A stretch of 32,000 nt of DNA from a virus. The stretch lies in IMG/VR virus record IMGVR_UViG_3300014059_000004; one strand, 5' to 3'. Numbering within the stretch: the stretch's first letter is position 1; the number at the start of each line of letters is the position of its first letter. A program made the translations under genes and the position numbers. Below, in pieces: positions 6,074 to 12,190 of this stretch. The notes under the pieces were generated by a model, which was not told the DNA's origin, searched no databases, and worked only from the letters and a program-made list of their open reading frames with translations.

Positions 6074-6146
6074 TGGCCTGTCGTCTAGCGGCAATGACAC
6101 CATCTTGCAAGATGGATTATCGTGGGTTCGAGTCCCACCAGGTCAA
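6074..6146 (+). tRNA. tRNA-Cys: tRNA-Cys (GCA)-like with a 6-nt anticodon loop
   Basis: Acceptor TGGCCTG/CAGGTCA, T arm GTGGG-TTCGAGT-CCCAC, anticodon arm CCATC-TTGCAA-GATGG: perfect 5-bp stem but only 6 loop nt. Confidence 0.55.
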
Positions 6147-6172
6147 CTGCTTCCACATGGAAGCGATACAAT

Positions 6173-6243
6173 GGGAAGTTCGTATAATGGGATTACGGGT
6201 GCCTTGCACGCACTTTATACGCGTTCAAATCGCGTACTTTCCA
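6173..6243 (+). tRNA. tRNA-Ala: tRNA-Ala (TGC)
   Basis: Acceptor GGGAAGT/ACTTTCC with the G3:U70 Ala identity pair, arm GGTGC-CTTGCAC-GCACT, T arm ACGCG-TTCAAAT-CGCGT. Confidence 0.85.
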
Positions 6244-6254
6244 CTCCTAGGAAA

Positions 6255-6278
6255 AGTCGCTGGTACTCTACGAAAAAA
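6255..6278 (+). pseudogene. orphan tRNA 3'-end fragment (copy of 3921-3948)
   Basis: AGTCGCTGGTACTCTACGAAAAAA versus AGTCTCTGGTACTCTACGAAAGAAAAAA at the 3' end and trailer of the tRNA-like element at 3863-3936; no 5' half present. Confidence 0.5.
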
Positions 6279-6323
6279 CGTCAGCACGCCTGTCGCCAGT
6301 CGGCAGGCAAACGGGTAGCCAAT

Positions 6324-6396
6324 ACTCGCATGCGCATCTGGGTATGCGGCACAGCTGTCTACTGTGTGAGGCTCGGTTCGATTCCGGCTGCGAGTG
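6324..6396 (+). tRNA. tRNA-Asp: tRNA-Asp (GTC), T at position 37
   Basis: Acceptor ACTCGCA/TGCGAGT, D arm CGCA-TCTGGGTA-TGCG, arm CACAG-CTGTCTA-CTGTG, T arm CTCGG-TTCGATT-CCGGC, discriminator G. Confidence 0.8.
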
Positions 6397-6422
6397 CAAA
6401 TGTTCTGAACGCAGAACATCAT

Positions 6423-6494
6423 ACGTCGGTCGTCCAACGGCAAGGACTCTGGTTTCCAACTCCAGGTATCTCAGTTCGAATCTGAGTCGACGTG
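6423..6494 (+). tRNA. tRNA-Trp: tRNA-Trp (CCA)
   Basis: Acceptor ACGTCGG/TCGACGT, D arm GTCC-AACGGCAA-GGAC, arm CTGGT-TTCCAAC-TCCAG (31:39 T:T), T arm CTCAG-TTCGAAT-CTGAG. Confidence 0.85.
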
Positions 6495-6501
6495 CTAGAT
6501 C

Positions 6502-6587
6502 GTTGATGTTACAGGAAAGTTCTTGGATATCACAGAAGTCTGCTCGCGGCTGCAACCAGAGCAACGGTTCGATTCCGTTCATCAACG
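6502..6587 (+). tRNA. atypical 86-nt tRNA-like gene, anticodon unresolved
   Basis: Acceptor GTTGATG/CATCAAC (complementarity extends to 12 bp, 6497-6508 with 6580-6591) and T arm AACGG-TTCGATT-CCGTT are canonical; I could not fold the 52-nt middle into D plus anticodon arms. Confidence 0.35.
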
Positions 6588-6596
6588 ATCTTACAT

Positions 6597-6667
6597 TGGG
6601 GATTAGCTCAACGGCAGAGCGGTGGCCTTTGACTCCACTGATCATGGTTCGATTCCGTGATCCCCAT
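6597..6667 (+). tRNA. tRNA-Gln: tRNA-Gln (TTG)
   Basis: U1:A72 acceptor TGGGGAT/ATCCCCA, D arm GCTC-AACGGCA-GAGC, arm GTGGC-CTTTGAC-TCCAC (31:39 C:T), T arm CATGG-TTCGATT-CCGTG. Confidence 0.8.
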
Positions 6668-6718
6668 CACTCGGTTAAACGTAGATTTTCATCTGAATTG
6701 ATACTTAGTTGTAGCATC

Positions 6719-6982
6719 ATGACGTTCGATTCAAAGGTCAAGCTGGGTTTGGGCATCTTCGCTGCGGCGTTGTTTGCACTGTGCATCGGCGGGATGGTTT
6801 ACTCATTCTTCAAGCCGGTCACTGATCCAAATGCACCTGAACCGCCACAGCCATTCTCTGCTCCAGCATGCTCCGCAGAATGTAAGTTAAGTTCGATAAT
6901 AACGAGGGGTCATCTAACGGCTATGATGGCAGTTTCTGACACTGCACGTGAAGGTTCGAGTCCTTCCCTCTCGTCCAAATAG
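6719..6982 (+). CDS. small membrane protein (one TM); ORF runs through the downstream tRNA
   Basis: ATG 6719 in the frame of ORF 6344..6982: MTFDSKVKLGLGIFAAALFALCIGGMVYSFF...; no in-frame stop before tRNA-Gln (6903), stop at 6980-6982. Confidence 0.3.
   Translation: MTFDSKVKLGLGIFAAALFALCIGGMVYSFFKPVTDPNAPEPPQPFSAPACSAECKLSSIITRGHLTAMMAVSDTAREGSSPSLSSK
6903..6977 (+). tRNA. tRNA-Gln: tRNA-Gln (CTG), CCA encoded
   Basis: Acceptor CGAGGGG/CCTCTCG, arm GCAGT-TTCTGAC-ACTGC, T arm GAAGG-TTCGAGT-CCTTC, T-CCA. Confidence 0.8.
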
Positions 6983-7023
6983 CACCAGCTTGTACAAAGT
7001 TGGTTGCATGCAGTAAAAGATAC

Positions 7024-7611
7024 ATGATGAACAAATCAATCATTGCGATCGTTCTTGCATCTCTTGCGCTCAATTGCAACCGTGAAGTTCCAGATGTCAG
7101 CGCAGCTTCAGCATCGCCCCATGTTGTTCCATCTGCTTCCGTTGAGCATGCTTCTACGCCCGCGGTCACAGTTGAACCTGCCAGCGTTTCCAATCGTCCG
7201 ATTCAGTGTCACACCTCAGAGGGAAAGCGACGTCTTCCAGATCCTGAGCTGACACCGGGAAAGCTGTGCACTGCCCAGGATCTTGACTTTGACGGGTATC
7301 GTTACCCAAGCAAGATTCCTTACTGCCGTCGTCGAGTCACTGAGAAGATGAAGATGACTGTTGCTTCTTCGTACGGAATTCCAAAGGAAGATTGGAACAA
7401 GTACGAATTTGATCACTACATCCCGCTTTCGGCTGGCGGTGCAAACGACGTGACAAACATCTGGCCTCAGCCGCTGGATGACGCAAAAGATAAGGACGTT
7501 GTTGAAGTTCAAGTGTACCGCGGGTTGAAGTCTGGTGAGATGACTCAGCCAATTGCATTGGCAAAGATCAGGTCGTGGAAACCCACTGGTTGCAAGTTAA
7601 GGACTCAATGA
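7024..7611 (+). CDS. secreted or lipoprotein HNH-motif nuclease-like protein
   Basis: ATG 7024 inside ORF 7000..7611; signal-like MMNKSIIAIVLASLALNC; C-terminal YEFDHYIPLSAGGANDVTNIWPQP (D-H ... N ... N HNH-type core). Confidence 0.55.
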   Translation: MMNKSIIAIVLASLALNCNREVPDVSAASASPHVVPSASVEHASTPAVTVEPASVSNRPIQCHTSEGKRRLPDPELTPGKLCTAQDLDFDGYRYPSKIPYCRRRVTEKMKMTVASSYGIPKEDWNKYEFDHYIPLSAGGANDVTNIWPQPLDDAKDKDVVEVQVYRGLKSGEMTQPIALAKIRSWKPTGCKLRTQ

Positions 7612-7964
7612 TGACAATGTTGCCGCCGGGAACGTACAAGGTTCTCGAAGATGCTCTTCTTCTCATCTGGCCCAAGGAATACGGCGAGCGGTACGCTGCT
7701 GCATACCGCGAGGGAAAAGTTTGCGAAGATCTTCCAGCCGGATATCGTGTAAAGACGGGCCAAGAAATCGTCCTTGAGCATGGGTCTTACGATCCTCTGA
7801 TCACTGAGATTGGTGAATTGAAGTCGACTATCAACGCTGTTAACGTAACAGTGAGGGTTGGTAGCAAGGTTTTCACTGGTGTCACGTTGACGTACGATAG
7901 AAACCTGCCTTCCATCGTAGAATCTAGAACGGCACTTCGGCAGGTGAAAAAGCGTAACAAGTAG
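7608..7964 (+). CDS. hypothetical protein
   Basis: ATG 7608 in ATGA overlap with the upstream stop (7609-7611), inside ORF 7575..7964. Confidence 0.5.
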   Translation: MMTMLPPGTYKVLEDALLLIWPKEYGERYAAAYREGKVCEDLPAGYRVKTGQEIVLEHGSYDPLITEIGELKSTINAVNVTVRVGSKVFTGVTLTYDRNLPSIVESRTALRQVKKRNK

Positions 7965-8040
7965 GGTGTACTCATGCACCCAATGTATTACATTTAGATA
8001 GTATCTTGCTGTAAACGCGGAAATAGGAGACAACACTAAA

Positions 8041-8421
8041 TTGGCCAAGAACAAGAAGCAGTCTTACGTCGAGAACTCTAGCGACCATGGTACGTACGTT
8101 GCTAGCACCCCGCGGGTGCAGGTGAATTCGCACGATCCGGATATCCTGAACATGGACGATATTTCTTACGTGTCTGACGACGAGCTCTTCAGCAAGCTCT
8201 CGAGCTACGAGGCAACGCGAGGCAAGATGATCGCGAAGGGGCAGGATCCTTACCTGTGGGAGATCGAGATCGCCTACCTTCGCCGAGAGGTTCAGATTCG
8301 TCGGGCACGACGGGAGTCGCACGATCGGTACATGGCTGAACAGGCACGTGAGTCCACCGTGGACGAGTCCAGCCTTCCTTACCCGGACTTCGACAACCTC
8401 AAGTACGTGGTCTTCAACTGA
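8041..8421 (+). CDS. hypothetical acidic protein upstream of the sigma gene
   Basis: TTG 8041 with AGGAG 13 nt upstream; TGATG coupling to the sigma gene. Confidence 0.5.
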   Translation: MAKNKKQSYVENSSDHGTYVASTPRVQVNSHDPDILNMDDISYVSDDELFSKLSSYEATRGKMIAKGQDPYLWEIEIAYLRREVQIRRARRESHDRYMAEQARESTVDESSLPYPDFDNLKYVVFN

Positions 8422-9203
8422 TGAGCAAGGAAAACAACACGGTTGCAGACTACCTTGAGAGTCTGCATGCATACCCACAGCTGAAGCACCCAGAAGTCGT
8501 CGAGCTCTTCAAGAGCTACGAGGCGGGTGGAACTCCGGCAACGAAGGCTCGCAAGAAGTTGATCGAGTGCAATCTTCGCCTCGTTGTCAGCATCGCGAAG
8601 CAGTACAAGGGTCACAATCTTCCCATTGAAGACCTCATCCAAGAGGGTAACATCGGCCTCATGAAGGCGGTGGAGAAGTTCAAGTGGGAGAAGGGATTTC
8701 GATTCTCTACGTACGCAACGTGGTGGATCAAGCAGGCTATCGGTCAGCACGTTCTGAAGCGAAAGCGCATGATTCGTCTCCCGGCTCATGCGGCTACAGT
8801 GCAGCGTAAGCTGCTTCAAGCTGCGGAAGACTACCGTGAGTCTATGGGTTGTGAACCGACGCAGGAAGAGCTTCAGGAGCTCATCGGGGCGTCTGAAACT
8901 GTCGTGAAGGCGACAATGCACAGCGGTCGTGCGATCGTATCTCTCCAACAACCAGTGTCTTCTTCTGGTGAGGGTGACACGCTCGAGGATAAGATCCTTG
9001 ACAATCGTCCAGAAGCTGATCCGTTCGACAACGTTGCTCAGAAAGAACTGCTGCAGATCGCAAAGGACGTCATCGAGCACCTTACTCCGAAGGAAGCTGC
9101 TATCTTGAGGCTACGCTTTGGGCTTGTGGATGATGACGTCAACAAGTATCACATCACCGACGAAGAGATCGAGCAAGTGATGCACGGTCATGGATTGAAG
9201 TGA
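8421..9203 (+). CDS. sigma-70 family RNA polymerase sigma factor lacking the region 4.2 recognition helix
   Basis: Region 2 [61 protein letters not shown], region 3, region 4.1 [15 protein letters not shown], then stop after [17 protein letters not shown]; other frames downstream encode only a small TM peptide. Confidence 0.85.
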   Translation: MSKENNTVADYLESLHAYPQLKHPEVVELFKSYEAGGTPATKARKKLIECNLRLVVSIAKQYKGHNLPIEDLIQEGNIGLMKAVEKFKWEKGFRFSTYATWWIKQAIGQHVLKRKRMIRLPAHAATVQRKLLQAAEDYRESMGCEPTQEELQELIGASETVVKATMHSGRAIVSLQQPVSSSGEGDTLEDKILDNRPEADPFDNVAQKELLQIAKDVIEHLTPKEAAILRLRFGLVDDDVNKYHITDEEIEQVMHGHGLK

Positions 9204-9204
9204 C

Positions 9205-9348
9205 GTGAAGGAAGCAATCACCAGCATCTTCATGACGTTCGGAATTTCCTGGTTTGTGGGACTATTCACCGGAATCGTGTTGATGCTGCTTCCCTTTGTC
9301 ATCCCATCCAAGGAAAAAGAAGGTGAGGAGAAAGACGACGATGTTTGA
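9205..9348 (+). CDS. small membrane peptide (47 aa)
   Basis: Hand-translated from GTG 9205 (ATG alternative 9232): VKEAITSIFMTFGISWFVGLFTGIVLMLLPFVIPSKEKEGEEKDDDV; overlaps the next start by 8 nt. Confidence 0.3.
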   Translation: MKEAITSIFMTFGISWFVGLFTGIVLMLLPFVIPSKEKEGEEKDDDV

Positions 9349-9607
9349 AGTTGTTATCATTGCGTCTATCTTCATAGTCGCTGCATCTTTCGGTGCGATG
9401 ATGATCATGTTTGGTTACGCTAGCGTGCTCGTTGCTAAGGGCCACGCCGAGCGTTCAACTGAAGAACGAAAGTTCAAGGAACAGCTCATGGAAGATGTTG
9501 ACATCCAGATTGGTCCGAGAAGCGCAGAAGTGGATCCGCATGATCTCTTTAAGCGGCTCGGTGAACTACGCATGGAAAATTTTCGACCGAGGAGAAATGG
9601 CAAGTAA
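9341..9607 (+). CDS. small membrane protein
   Basis: ATG 9341 inside ORF 9296..9607: MFEVVIIASIFIVAASFGAMMIMFGYASVLVAKG..., one or two TM segments. Confidence 0.5.
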   Translation: MFEVVIIASIFIVAASFGAMMIMFGYASVLVAKGHAERSTEERKFKEQLMEDVDIQIGPRSAEVDPHDLFKRLGELRMENFRPRRNGK

Positions 9608-9824
9608 TCCAATCTACATCTACGATGTTGCTTCTCAGTTCATCACGCCGCTCGCAGTCGTTTGGGACGAGAAATTCGTAGCGCCAATCGTCAACGTGGT
9701 CCTTGCAGGCTGCACTGATCGAGCGTACGTCACTACAGTTCGACTTCATGGATCTGACACTGATCCTCTGAAAGCCCCGCCGAAGACGAAGGCTTTCAGT
9801 GCTAAGAGATTTCTTCGTCGTTAA
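9597..9824 (+). CDS. hypothetical protein (75 aa)
   Basis: ATG 9597 after AGGAG, overlapping the upstream stop, inside ORF 9411..9824. Confidence 0.45.
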   Translation: MASNPIYIYDVASQFITPLAVVWDEKFVAPIVNVVLAGCTDRAYVTTVRLHGSDTDPLKAPPKTKAFSAKRFLRR

Positions 9825-9841
9825 AAAGGAAAGAGGAACAC

Positions 9842-10900
9842 ATGTCGTTGAAGCGTGGGACAAAGGTCGAGCACGGGTATGCTACTGTTAGCGAGGACGA
9901 CGGTGTAAATTACCGTGAGATCGCTGAGACGATGACTGACATCGGATTCAAGATGAATCATTCGTCAGCACGCAATTACGTTCTCAGGGTCATGAGAAAG
10001 TTTGTTTCTGCTATGTCAGAGCAATGGGACATCGATCTCACAGAAGAGAGGATCGATCAGATTGCAAAATCTCCCGATTTTCAGCAGGGTGTTGCAGAGA
10101 TCCTTCAGACGATCGAAGCAGATCGTAGGGCACGAAATCGTAGCACGCACCGCTCGTTATTGCCCTATAGTTATAGGGCAAACATGAGCATCATCAAAGT
10201 AAAGAACTTGCCACGCTTGAAGCTGTCTGACCTGCTGCGACGCAGAAAGATGACGCTTAAATCATTTCTCGACGAATTCGGTATCACAACGTACGAAGGT
10301 CTCAAGAATCGTTGCGATCGTATGGGCGTTGCGCCTCCAGAACAACTCGAATTCGAGAAGATCTTTGGATCGTCAGCTCCTGCCATCACGATCAACAATC
10401 CAACGGAAGGAATCCTTGTTGTTGAGCCAGAAACAGCCCCAGACGTCGTCGTCATCACTGGTGCTGAGGTTGAAGAGCCAGAGTTGGCTTCCGAGCCATC
10501 ATCCGGGTCATTCGAATGGACCCAGAAAAAATCGAAGAAAAAGAAAGACGTAAGCTACGGTCAATTATTCATGAAAACAAATAGTGACATCGATGCCCCC
10601 GGTTCACGCAACCGAAGAGTGATCATCAACGTCGCCAAAGAAAAGAAGAGCAACAGATGCGCTCGCGAAGGTGAAGGCGTTCCGATCGAGATTGATCCTG
10701 TCGTAGAGGCAGTGAAAGAGTACGGTCGGAAGACGCATTCTTTGGGTGCGGCGCAAGGCGCTGCTGCGATCAGAGATCTGATCGGTAGAATAAAGGGATT
10801 GGGATCGTTGCCGGCTGAGCTTGAGAGCATAGTGAAAGCCGGCGAAGTTGCTGCAGACGAACTCTCTTCCTACTTCAAAAAGGCGTACGAACGGTTATAA
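9842..10900 (+). CDS. hypothetical protein with N-terminal sigma region 4 / LuxR-like helix-turn-helix
   Basis: ATG 9842 after AAGGAAAGAGGAA; VNYREIAETMTDIGFKMNHSSARNYVLRVMRKF looks like an HTH with recognition helix; acidic linker and Lys-rich stretch follow. Confidence 0.55.
   Translation: MSLKRGTKVEHGYATVSEDDGVNYREIAETMTDIGFKMNHSSARNYVLRVMRKFVSAMSEQWDIDLTEERIDQIAKSPDFQQGVAEILQTIEADRRARNRSTHRSLLPYSYRANMSIIKVKNLPRLKLSDLLRRRKMTLKSFLDEFGITTYEGLKNRCDRMGVAPPEQLEFEKIFGSSAPAITINNPTEGILVVEPETAPDVVVITGAEVEEPELASEPSSGSFEWTQKKSKKKKDVSYGQLFMKTNSDIDAPGSRNRRVIINVAKEKKSNRCAREGEGVPIEIDPVVEAVKEYGRKTHSLGAAQGAAAIRDLIGRIKGLGSLPAELESIVKAGEVAADELSSYFKKAYERL
10160..10181. repeat. perfect 10-bp inverted repeat TTGCCCTATA-GT-TATAGGGCAA inside a CDS
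   Basis: Read directly; located 3 nt before an in-frame ATG (10184) of ORF 9842..10900. Confidence 0.7.
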
Positions 10901-10901
10901 G
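10893..10901 (+). promoter_or_regulatory. -10-like box GGTTATAAG, 8 nt upstream of ATG 10910
   Basis: Variant of YGGTATAMT; no SD before the ATG; overlaps the end of the upstream gene. Confidence 0.3.
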
Positions 10902-10909
10902 TATGATTC

Positions 10910-11383
10910 ATGACCGCCAGCGAAAGCTGCATCATCCACGTTTCAAAGCTTGACGATTGGTTCGCTAAAAAGCTAGGTGCTGTGAAGCTCGAGCACGATA
11001 CGTGCGCTTACATAGTTGGTGTTCTATCAAAGTTTCGCGGTGCTGCTGATGATTTGAGCAAATGTTCTATCGTGATCGAGTACAGTGAAGCTCGAACTAC
11101 TGGTGACTTCTCATCGTTCCAGAAGATTGGTGATTGGGTCTTGTGGACTTCTATCACGAATCCAGGGCACATAGCACCGGTTTCTGACGTTGTTGAAACT
11201 ATCGGGATGTTGTCTTACAACTCGTGTTACCGCATCGTGAAGTACCAATGGCCCGTATACGAAGAACTCGCTGGCGACTTGCCGCGAATTGCTCGTGAGG
11301 CCCGAAGCGCTCTCTTGCGATTATTTACGAACAATTTCAAGCTCTTGCGCTGTGTATACTCGGCTGCTACAGGTATACATTAG
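10910..11383 (+). CDS. hypothetical protein
   Basis: 157-aa ORF, ATG 10910. Confidence 0.55.
   Translation: MTASESCIIHVSKLDDWFAKKLGAVKLEHDTCAYIVGVLSKFRGAADDLSKCSIVIEYSEARTTGDFSSFQKIGDWVLWTSITNPGHIAPVSDVVETIGMLSYNSCYRIVKYQWPVYEELAGDLPRIAREARSALLRLFTNNFKLLRCVYSAATGIH
11371..11379 (+). promoter_or_regulatory. -10-like box AGGTATACA, 10 nt upstream of GTG 11390
   Basis: YGGTATAMT family member overlapping the end of the upstream gene. Confidence 0.25.
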
Positions 11384-11389
11384 ACTCAG

Positions 11390-11779
11390 GTGGTAACAGT
11401 GGATAACAAAGACGCGAACAAGGAAGCAGCAAGGACGATCGTCAATTCAAACGGTGACGAACCCGAGAAGGATGCAGCTAGCATCGCTGCGTTGGAGTTG
11501 GACGAGGAAGATCTCGCAGAAGTCAAGAAGCACGTTCGATTGCTTCGGAAGTCTGAACCGAACGGTGTCCTCACGATGGACGAGCCTCAGCCTCTTGGAA
11601 AGAACGTCGTCGAACTTCGTCCAGAGCGCTGGAGCACGCTTCACAGCGTCAACGGTCTCACTGTGAAAGTTTCCACAAAGGGTCGAGTTTCTTTCATCAC
11701 TGATGGCACTGCAACGTTGGGGTTGGTAGAAGTCATGGAGCTTTCGTTGAAGCTCGCGTCTTTTTACGACAAGGAATGA
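11390..11779 (+). CDS. hypothetical protein
   Basis: 129-aa ORF from GTG 11390; alternative GTG 11399 lies 5 nt after GGTGG. Confidence 0.5.
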   Translation: MVTVDNKDANKEAARTIVNSNGDEPEKDAASIAALELDEEDLAEVKKHVRLLRKSEPNGVLTMDEPQPLGKNVVELRPERWSTLHSVNGLTVKVSTKGRVSFITDGTATLGLVEVMELSLKLASFYDKE

Positions 11780-12060
11780 TCATGAGCAAGAGTAAGAGCA
11801 ACGTGGTTCACATCGATGATTACTTCACGTCTTGGCAACAGGTCTTTCGGACGGATGACCCCGTCAACGGAACTTGCATGACTGTCCACGTGAACCGCAG
11901 GACTGGCTGCGTCGATGTCGTCATGTGCAATGATGAAGGTGAATCGATCACGACTCACATGACAGGTGTCATCGGCACGCGCTTCGTCGAAGCGCTGAAG
12001 TCCATGAAGTTAGAGATGTACTATGGCGAAGAAGAAGCGAAAAAGCAAGAAGCGTCGTAA
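11776..12060 (+). CDS. hypothetical protein
   Basis: ATG 11776 overlapping the upstream stop (ATGA), AAGGAA upstream. Confidence 0.5.
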   Translation: MIMSKSKSNVVHIDDYFTSWQQVFRTDDPVNGTCMTVHVNRRTGCVDVVMCNDEGESITTHMTGVIGTRFVEALKSMKLEMYYGEEEAKKQEAS

Positions 12061-12190
12061 GAAGCGCTCGCTCGTTGCCTTCGCCATGGGAATCACTCGC
12101 AAAGGCGGACCGATGAAGCATCGGTTGGAGCCCAAGGGCGGTGCAAAGAACGAGCACCGCGAGATACTATCGGAAGAGGACGAAAAATGA
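12023..12190 (+). CDS. small highly basic protein (55 aa)
   Basis: Hand-translated MAKKKRKSKKRRKKRSLVAFAMGITRKGGPMKHRLEPKGGAKNEHREILSEEDEK; fills the gap between 12060 and 12187 and ends in an ATGA overlap with the ligase start. Confidence 0.3.
   Translation: MAKKKRKSKKRRKKRSLVAFAMGITRKGGPMKHRLEPKGGAKNEHREILSEEDEK

Noticed and set aside
6022-6982. ORF-track entries crossing the tRNA islands (6022..6318, 6045..6485, 6268..6645, 6344..6982, 18724..18909, 18846..19205, 19011..19334, 19334..19546, 20766..20975, 21348..21590, 22271..22525, the 5' part of 22744.. and others)
   Set aside because: They are built from consecutive tRNA genes (the repeated GFES/GSNP/RVRIP peptides are translated T arms). 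Only the small internal ORFs with TM or Cys-rich character were kept, at low confidence.
9201-9350. A frameshift that would restore sigma region 4.2 downstream of the stop at 9201-9203
   Set aside because: Translating the other two frames gives only a hydrophobic 47-aa peptide and no HTH-like sequence. The truncation therefore looks genuine, barring a larger deletion.
10899-10912. Exact 14-mer AAGTATGATTCATG repeated at 10899 and 17550, both spanning ATG codons
   Set aside because: About two chance 14-mer repeats are expected in 32 kb (N^2/2 divided by 4^14). The surrounding sequence is unrelated. In the second case it lies inside a coding region.
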